64,000 nucleotides of DNA, from positions 704,001 to 768,000 of the forward strand of contig OZ244653.1 of NCBI GenBank assembly GCA_965218795.1, in the 5' to 3' direction. The notes below the pieces were generated by a model. That model ran no database searches and was not told the DNA's origin. It saw only the letters and a program-made list of their open reading frames with translations. The stretch is from a bacterium. GTDB lineage: Bacteria; UBA8248; JACPRG01; G963555815. Shown one piece after another: positions 58,300-64,000 of the stretch. The translations under genes were made by a program, and so were the position numbers. Within the stretch, counting starts at the first letter, position 1; the number at the start of each line of letters is the position of its first letter.

Positions 58300-59571
58300 T
58301 TACACTTCTGCGGCCGTCAGCGTATTGGCCCCAAGCATTCCGATCGTTCCCGGAATCTTGTTGTAGGGGACCCGGACGGCACCGGCCGGGTCCTGATCAT
58401 AATCCTTGAGAGAGCTTCCGCCGATGACCCGCTTCATCGCTGGCAGCTCCATGGGCTCGGCGCAGTTTCCCGCCGAGACGATGGCGTCGGCCCGCGGGGA
58501 GGCGTCCACCAGAGCCCCCGCCGAGGAGCCTTCGTCGCCGGCGAACTCCATCGTGAGCAGCGCGGTCTTGATGCCGCGGTCTTCGCAATGCTCGCAGATC
58601 TGCATGAGGTCCGTGTCGGCCTGGCCGCCCGAATCCTTGGTGATGATAACGCCGTGCGCGCCCAGCACATCGCCCGCGATGCGGGCCATCATCCCCGCAT
58701 GGAGAATTTTTTCAGCGTATTGCTTGGGGTGATTGGCCACAATGGTCCCGGCGAACTCGATGGAATGACCATGAGCCGCGTACAGCGTCCGGAGCACGCC
58801 GTGGTTCAGGTGGTCATAGGTGGTGTTCTTGGTGGGCCGGCAGAATCCCGACCAGACGACCGCGCCGTCGAACACTTCGTTGGGGTGAATCATCGTGGGA
58901 ACCAGCTCCCTTGTGTTTTTTCCGTAGAGCAGCATGTCCCGTGCATCGCCCTGCGAATAAATGGGGTAAATATACGCAATTCTGGGAAGAGGCTCCCGGC
59001 GGCCATTGAAGGAGGATAGCCGGGAAACCGCGAGCGTCTCCGAATCTTCGGGGGAATTCTCCCAGGCGGCCCCACCCAGGAAGACAGCAGCGCGCACGCC
59101 GGCCCGGACAGCGGCTTGTGCGAAATCACCCCGGCTGAGATCTTCAGCGGGTTGCAGAGTGAGCACGACGTTCTCGAGGTTGGAGAAGATGGATAGGCCA
59201 GCGCACGGCCCTTTCATGTCCAGGAGGGCATCTTCCGCTCCGTTCATTTGGCCGCACGTGATGACGCTCATCCCCTTCAGGACGTTTGTCGCGCCGCTGC
59301 CGCAAAGCCCGGGCGGCCCGAGGATGCCCGGAAAGGTCTCGGCGTCCCCGCCGGCCTTGATGCGGGGCTCCAGGATGTCGAGGATGTTGATGATGCGGCA
59401 GGAATCGCCCGGGTGAACGAGGTCTATCCGGACGGATCGAAAGCTGGGTTCCTCCCGGAGGATGAGATTGCACAGCTTATCGGTGTCGATGAGAAGCCTT
59501 CGGCCGTCCAGCCGGGTCTCATCGCCTCCCTCGATGGAATCGATCTGGAAATGGTTCAGCGTGAGCTCCAC
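58300..59571 (-). CDS. Glycine/sarcosine/betaine reductase component B proprotein (GrdE/GrdG/GrdI family)
   Basis: DILEPRIK, GSGATNVLKG, HPNEVFDGAVV, TYDHLN, DTDLM, ADAIVSAGN. Confidence 0.85.
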   Translation of the reverse strand: MELTLNHFQIDSIEGGDETRLDGRRLLIDTDKLCNLILREEPSFRSVRIDLVHPGDSCRIINILDILEPRIKAGGDAETFPGILGPPGLCGSGATNVLKGMSVITCGQMNGAEDALLDMKGPCAGLSIFSNLENVVLTLQPAEDLSRGDFAQAAVRAGVRAAVFLGGAAWENSPEDSETLAVSRLSSFNGRREPLPRIAYIYPIYSQGDARDMLLYGKNTRELVPTMIHPNEVFDGAVVWSGFCRPTKNTTYDHLNHGVLRTLYAAHGHSIEFAGTIVANHPKQYAEKILHAGMMARIAGDVLGAHGVIITKDSGGQADTDLMQICEHCEDRGIKTALLTMEFAGDEGSSAGALVDASPRADAIVSAGNCAEPMELPAMKRVIGGSSLKDYDQDPAGAVRVPYNKIPGTIGMLGANTLTAAEV

Positions 59572-59697
59572 AACGGCTTCCCTCTTGCGGGGGGAGACTC
59601 TGGCGGGGGAGGATGGTGTCCAGCTTCCTCCCTCGGGAGTCAGCGTATTGAACTTGGGTTGGCGCAGTCAAGGGCGGAAGATAGATGAGGTGAATCG

Positions 59698-60702
59698 ATG
59701 CGATTCGGCGTAGGACTTTGGGCGGACCGACCCATTGAGGAGATTGTGGACCTGTGCCGGCGCGCCGAGGCGCTCGGCTTTGATGACGTCTGGGTCAACG
59801 ACCACTTTTTCGTCAAGGACGTTTATGTCGTCCAGTCCCTCGCGGCCGAAAAAACCGAGACCATCCGGTTCGGGACGTCGGTGACGAGCCTGTTCCTTCG
59901 TCATCCCGCCCAACTGGCCTCTTCCGTGCGAACGCTCCACGAGGTCTCCGGCGGACGGGCCATTCTGGGGCTGAGCAGCGGCGGATTCGAATATCCGGAA
60001 AATCTGGGTACGCCCATACCCAAGCCCATGACCTCCTGCCGGGAAGCCATCGAGATCGTCCGGGGGCTCTGGACATATCAACCCACATCGGCCGGGGGAG
60101 GGGTCTTCCGGGTGGAAAACGCACGACTGGAATTCGGCGACCCCGTCTCCATTCCCATTTACCGGGGCGCACGGGGCCCGCGCATGCATCGGCTGGCCGG
60201 AGAGATGTGCGACGGAATTCTCATGCACGGACCGACTGTGGATCACTGCCGCTACGTCCATGAGCGGGCGGCGGAAGGGGCCGCGCGCTCCGGCCGGGAC
60301 GTCGAAGAAGTAGAAATCGGCGTGGTGACGGAAGTCGTCATCACGGAGGATCGGGAGGCCGCCGTCAACGATCTGAGGCCCCGTTGCCTGATCATGGCCG
60401 GGGGAGAGTATTCCTTGGAGGTCATGGACCATTACGGACTTCGGCGGGAAGATGTGGAGCCCCTTCGCGAGGCCGTCCGCCGGGGAGACAAGGAGACGGC
60501 CGTTTCCCTGGTGACGCCGGAAATGGTCAACGCATTCGTCATCGTGGGGGATGGGACGGATTGTCTGGAAAGGCTTCGCGCCCTGGAGTCTGCCGGCCTG
60601 TCCCTCATGGTGTCCTCATCGGGACTTCGGCGGTCCACCGATTATATCGTGCGTTCCATGGAAAACGTCGCCGAGCATCTGATGAGGCCGTATCGGGAGT
60701 GA
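59698..60702 (+). CDS. LLM-class oxidoreductase (Mer-like, possibly F420-dependent)
   Basis: AEALGFDDVWVNDH, RHPAQLASS, SGGRAILGL, GARGPRM. Confidence 0.88.
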   Translation: MRFGVGLWADRPIEEIVDLCRRAEALGFDDVWVNDHFFVKDVYVVQSLAAEKTETIRFGTSVTSLFLRHPAQLASSVRTLHEVSGGRAILGLSSGGFEYPENLGTPIPKPMTSCREAIEIVRGLWTYQPTSAGGGVFRVENARLEFGDPVSIPIYRGARGPRMHRLAGEMCDGILMHGPTVDHCRYVHERAAEGAARSGRDVEEVEIGVVTEVVITEDREAAVNDLRPRCLIMAGGEYSLEVMDHYGLRREDVEPLREAVRRGDKETAVSLVTPEMVNAFVIVGDGTDCLERLRALESAGLSLMVSSSGLRRSTDYIVRSMENVAEHLMRPYRE

Positions 60703-60756
60703 TCCTCCCGGTAACGGCCCGCCGGAATCAGGGAATCAGCCGGATTTGAAAGCGCA

Positions 60757-61860
60757 TCACGCCACCGCCGCCAGCAGTTCCCTCCGGTTCTTCGCGTGAA
60801 TTCCCAGGCTCCGCAGGGTTCTTCCCCCGGCCCGGTAATCGACCCCGTTCATGGCCGAGGCCATAGCTATCAGGCCGTCGATCAATGGAACGTCAACGCC
60901 TGCGGCCCGTGCGATGGAGGAGATGCAGACGAGGGAATAGGGGACATCTTCGGTGATGTAGCGGGTCTGGAGCGCGTCCGGTCCGCACTGATACCGGCTG
61001 GCGGCCAGGGCGCTCGCCTGGATGGCCTCATGCGTCGTTCGGCGCTTCCTGTCGAGCATGCCCTGCTCGTAGAGCCAATGACGGTAGGGCGTACGGTCCT
61101 TGAAGCGGAGCGCGGCGCGGATGGCCAGGATTTCAGTGTCGACCGCCTCGATGCAACGGGCCACCGAAGGCGTCGCGCCCTCGCCCCAGAGGAGCATGTC
61201 CGTCGTTCGGCTTTCCAGACGACCGGCGTTGGAGAGGACTGTTGCGACATGATCGATGGCGTTGAAATTGATGAGGATGGTCTCCAGAACGTTCGTCGCG
61301 GTCCGAATGTTGGGATAGAGGGGCTGGATGGCGTCGAACAGCTCCTCGTTTCTCGACGCGGGGAGCGCGGCCAGGACCACGCCGCCCTTTTTCTTGACAC
61401 GCACCTGGACCGTTCCGGGTCCGGTTGCGCGGGCCGAATAGGGCAAGGTGTTCGTCTCTCCAATGAGCACACCCCTGGCCTGTTTCAGTACGCGCCGCGC
61501 GTGATGGAAAACCAGCGCGCCTCCTCCTTCGCCCATGAAGACCACGATTTGTTCCCGGTGGACGCGGGGAACAAATGCCCGGGCAAAGACCTCATGGCCG
61601 AAACAGGGGACGGCGATGATGACGATCTCCGCGTCCTTGACGGCCCGCCGCGGGTCACTCGTCGCGCCCGCCAGGCGAACAAACCTCGCCTCCGCGTCGC
61701 CCTCAATCAGGGTGATGCCGCCTTTTTCCCGGATGGGCTTCAGGTTCGCCTTGAAGCGGGGTGTCTCATAGATTGTCACCCGGTGGCTCATCCGGGAGAG
61801 GTCGGCGGCGATCGACATCCCCCCCGCGCCGGCTCCCAGGACGCTGATGTTGCGGCTCAT
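60757..61860 (-). CDS. NAD(P)-dependent opine (octopine/nopaline) dehydrogenase family protein
   Basis: VLGAGAGG, ETNTLPY, NFNAIDH, RYITEDVPYSL, GRTLRSLG. GGAGG precedes ATG at 61860. Confidence 0.88.
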   Translation of the reverse strand: MSRNISVLGAGAGGMSIAADLSRMSHRVTIYETPRFKANLKPIREKGGITLIEGDAEARFVRLAGATSDPRRAVKDAEIVIIAVPCFGHEVFARAFVPRVHREQIVVFMGEGGGALVFHHARRVLKQARGVLIGETNTLPYSARATGPGTVQVRVKKKGGVVLAALPASRNEELFDAIQPLYPNIRTATNVLETILINFNAIDHVATVLSNAGRLESRTTDMLLWGEGATPSVARCIEAVDTEILAIRAALRFKDRTPYRHWLYEQGMLDRKRRTTHEAIQASALAASRYQCGPDALQTRYITEDVPYSLVCISSIARAAGVDVPLIDGLIAMASAMNGVDYRAGGRTLRSLGIHAKNRRELLAAVA

Positions 61861-61927
61861 GGATCCACCTCCCGTCCCGATGCCCGGACCGGATGGATTG
61901 GCTGGCGGTCTTTGCCCGGCGTCCGGG

Positions 61928-64000
61928 TCAAACCGATTCAGGAACCGCGTTGGATTCGATATCCGCCCGCGTGGACGCTGGCACCTTCTCGACCTGCACC
62001 AGGTTGGAATGGAAGGTGGCGCCTCTTCCCATATCCGAGAGCCGTTCTGAGGTAATCTGGTTGACTCCCTTGCGTCCCGGTGAGAGTTTGGCCCACCAGG
62101 CCCCCTCGGAAACGGCGACCCCGGACAGGGTTTTGACCCCGACCTTCGCGTACCGGTAGATTTCGCCCCGGTCATTGAAGACGCGGACAATATCCCCTTC
62201 CTTGATTCCCCGGGCTTCGGCATCCTCGGGATGGAGCAGGAGGCAGGGCCTTTTCTCCCCCCGGATGCATCTTTCCGCATCCCCCAGCGATGAGTTCAGG
62301 AAATGGTGTGCGGGAGGGATCACCAACTGCAATGGATACCGTCCCGTCAACTCTTCCGATTCACTTCCTTCCGTCAGGGGGACATACGCGGGCAAGGGAT
62401 CCATCCCGTCCTTTGCCATGGATTCCGAGTAGAACTCCATCTTTCCCGAAGGCGTAAAAAAACCGTTCTGAAATGGGTTTTCCCCCCTGCCGGGACCGAC
62501 CCGGTGACCCTTGAGGTCGGAGAGATCATCCAAGTCGATGCCGTTCTTCCCGTTCCCTCGATGGGCCAGGAGGTCCTTGATGACGGTCTCTTGCGAATCC
62601 TGAAGCGCGGGATCCTCCAACCCCATCTTCTCGGCCAGCAGGGCGAACAACTCCCGGTTGCTCTTGGCCTCGCCCACCGGCTGGATCGCCGGCTCCGACC
62701 GTTGGAGGTAGTACTGGCCGTAGCTCCCGAAGAGATCGCCCGTCTCGATAAAGCTGGGCGCGGGCAGAACGTAATCCGCGTAGTCGGTCGTATCCGTGAA
62801 GACCACCTCGTGGACGACGGTGAACAGGTCCGCCCGCTGGAGCCCTTCGATCACCTTGGCAGACTGGGGGGTGATCGCCGCCGGGTTGGAAGAGTAGACG
62901 AACAGGGCCTGGATCGGCGGATCATCGACCTCGTTCAGCGCTTCTCCGAGCCTGCACATGTTCAGGATTCGAGCGTCTTTCCCGTCCGGCTGAAGGTCGG
63001 GTCTCTCGACGATGGTCTTGTTGATTCCGAAAGCGGCCGAGCTGGACAGAAACGCCCCGCCGCCCTTCCTGTGATAGGCCCCGACCAGCCCCGGCAGGCA
63101 GGCGATGGTTCTCACCGTCATGCCCCCGTTCGTGTGCCTGGAAATGCCGATGCCAATTCGAATGAACGGGGCGCGGGCCTCCGCGTATTGAAGGGCGAGG
63201 CGACGGATAAGCGGTGAGGGGATCCCCGTGATCTCCGAAACGCGCCCGGCCGGATATTCGGCTAGGCGCTTCACGAGCGCTTCGAAGCCCAGCGTGTGCC
63301 GCTCGATGTAGTCCCGGTCGATGAGATCTTTTTCAACGAGGATGCGCATGATCCCGAGCGCCAGGGCGGCATCCGTGCCCGGGCGAATCATCAGATGCTC
63401 GTCCGCGAATCTGGCTGTGCGGTTGGCGTACGGGTCAATGGAGATGATCCGGGCGCCCCTTTTGCGGGCCTCCTGCAAAATGGGGAGGAGATGAATGTTC
63501 GTCGTTACAGCGTTGGATCCCCAGAGAACGACGAAATCGGATTCCGAGGCCGTCTCCGTATCGTTCCCGATGACTTGACCCACAGTTGCCTCCCAGCCCG
63601 CATAGGCCGTGTGCACGCAGATCGTCCGGTCCAGGCGGCTCGCCCCGATATTGTGAAAGAACCGCTGGGGGAAGTTCCGATGCACAAGACCGAGGGTTCC
63701 GGCATAGGAGTAGGGGAGGACGGCCTCGCCTCCCCACTGCTCGATGATGTCCCGGAGTCGCCCGCCGATCTCGTCCAGCGCTTCGTCCCAGGACACAGGC
63801 TCGAAGCGGCCATCTCCTTTCTCGCCGACACGCCGCATCGGTTTCATGACGCGGTAAGGGGAGTAGACCCGGTCAGGGTACAACTCGACCTTTCGGCAGA
63901 TGAAACCCTTGGTATAGGGATGCTCGGGGTCGCCGGTGACCTTCACGGCCTTGCCGTCCCGGACCGTCACGAGGAGGGAACAGCAATCCGGACAGTCCAG
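61928..64000 (-). CDS. DMSO-reductase-family molybdopterin oxidoreductase (5' end beyond window edge)
   Basis: LDCPDCC...GDPEHPYTKGFICRK Fe-S segment, RTIC, SNPA, TDTTDYADYVLPA, and a C-terminal MGD domain. Confidence 0.9.
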   Translation of the reverse strand: MDCPDCCSLLVTVRDGKAVKVTGDPEHPYTKGFICRKVELYPDRVYSPYRVMKPMRRVGEKGDGRFEPVSWDEALDEIGGRLRDIIEQWGGEAVLPYSYAGTLGLVHRNFPQRFFHNIGASRLDRTICVHTAYAGWEATVGQVIGNDTETASESDFVVLWGSNAVTTNIHLLPILQEARKRGARIISIDPYANRTARFADEHLMIRPGTDAALALGIMRILVEKDLIDRDYIERHTLGFEALVKRLAEYPAGRVSEITGIPSPLIRRLALQYAEARAPFIRIGIGISRHTNGGMTVRTIACLPGLVGAYHRKGGGAFLSSSAAFGINKTIVERPDLQPDGKDARILNMCRLGEALNEVDDPPIQALFVYSSNPAAITPQSAKVIEGLQRADLFTVVHEVVFTDTTDYADYVLPAPSFIETGDLFGSYGQYYLQRSEPAIQPVGEAKSNRELFALLAEKMGLEDPALQDSQETVIKDLLAHRGNGKNGIDLDDLSDLKGHRVGPGRGENPFQNGFFTPSGKMEFYSESMAKDGMDPLPAYVPLTEGSESEELTGRYPLQLVIPPAHHFLNSSLGDAERCIRGEKRPCLLLHPEDAEARGIKEGDIVRVFNDRGEIYRYAKVGVKTLSGVAVSEGAWWAKLSPGRKGVNQITSERLSDMGRGATFHSNLVQVEKVPASTRADIESNAVPESV

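Overview
GC-rich bacterial chromosomal window, dense in catabolic and redox genes and showing many signs of erosion. Left to right it holds: (1) a GntR-led oxalate-oxidoreductase-like 2-oxoacid:ferredoxin oxidoreductase operon that runs off the left edge; (2) a small accessory patch with a dead RelE/Xre toxin-antitoxin pair, a candidate ~105-nt sRNA, a nuclease-like orphan and an IS3 left-end relic; (3) a long N-heterocycle/amide catabolic run (hydantoinase A/B, duplicated SDRs, two aminotransferases, a fused Mo-hydroxylase, duplicated amidohydrolases, a cytosine deaminase-like enzyme, a cyclase); (4) hemY, then a NucS-like gene flanked by 11-bp-period arrays; (5) ThDP enzymes, an FAH-family protein, a cyclic amidohydrolase, an isochorismatase and LLM oxidoreductases; (6) a Rieske/cytochrome b/octaheme HAO-like operon; (7) NMT1-type binding proteins with a NicX/M29-like enzyme and a flavin monooxygenase; (8) a glycine-reductase-like grdE-grdB-grdA-grdC cluster with no grdD, followed by an opine dehydrogenase and a DMSO-reductase-family molybdoenzyme that runs off the right edge. 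The ORF track splits three genes at in-frame UGA codons lying in redox motifs (AhpD-like CxxU, GrdA, GrdB); these are best read as selenocysteine. Eight dRS3/REP-like palindromes and about ten pseudogene fragments are present. I saw no rRNA, tRNA or CRISPR array. All family assignments come from recognising motifs by eye; no searches were run.
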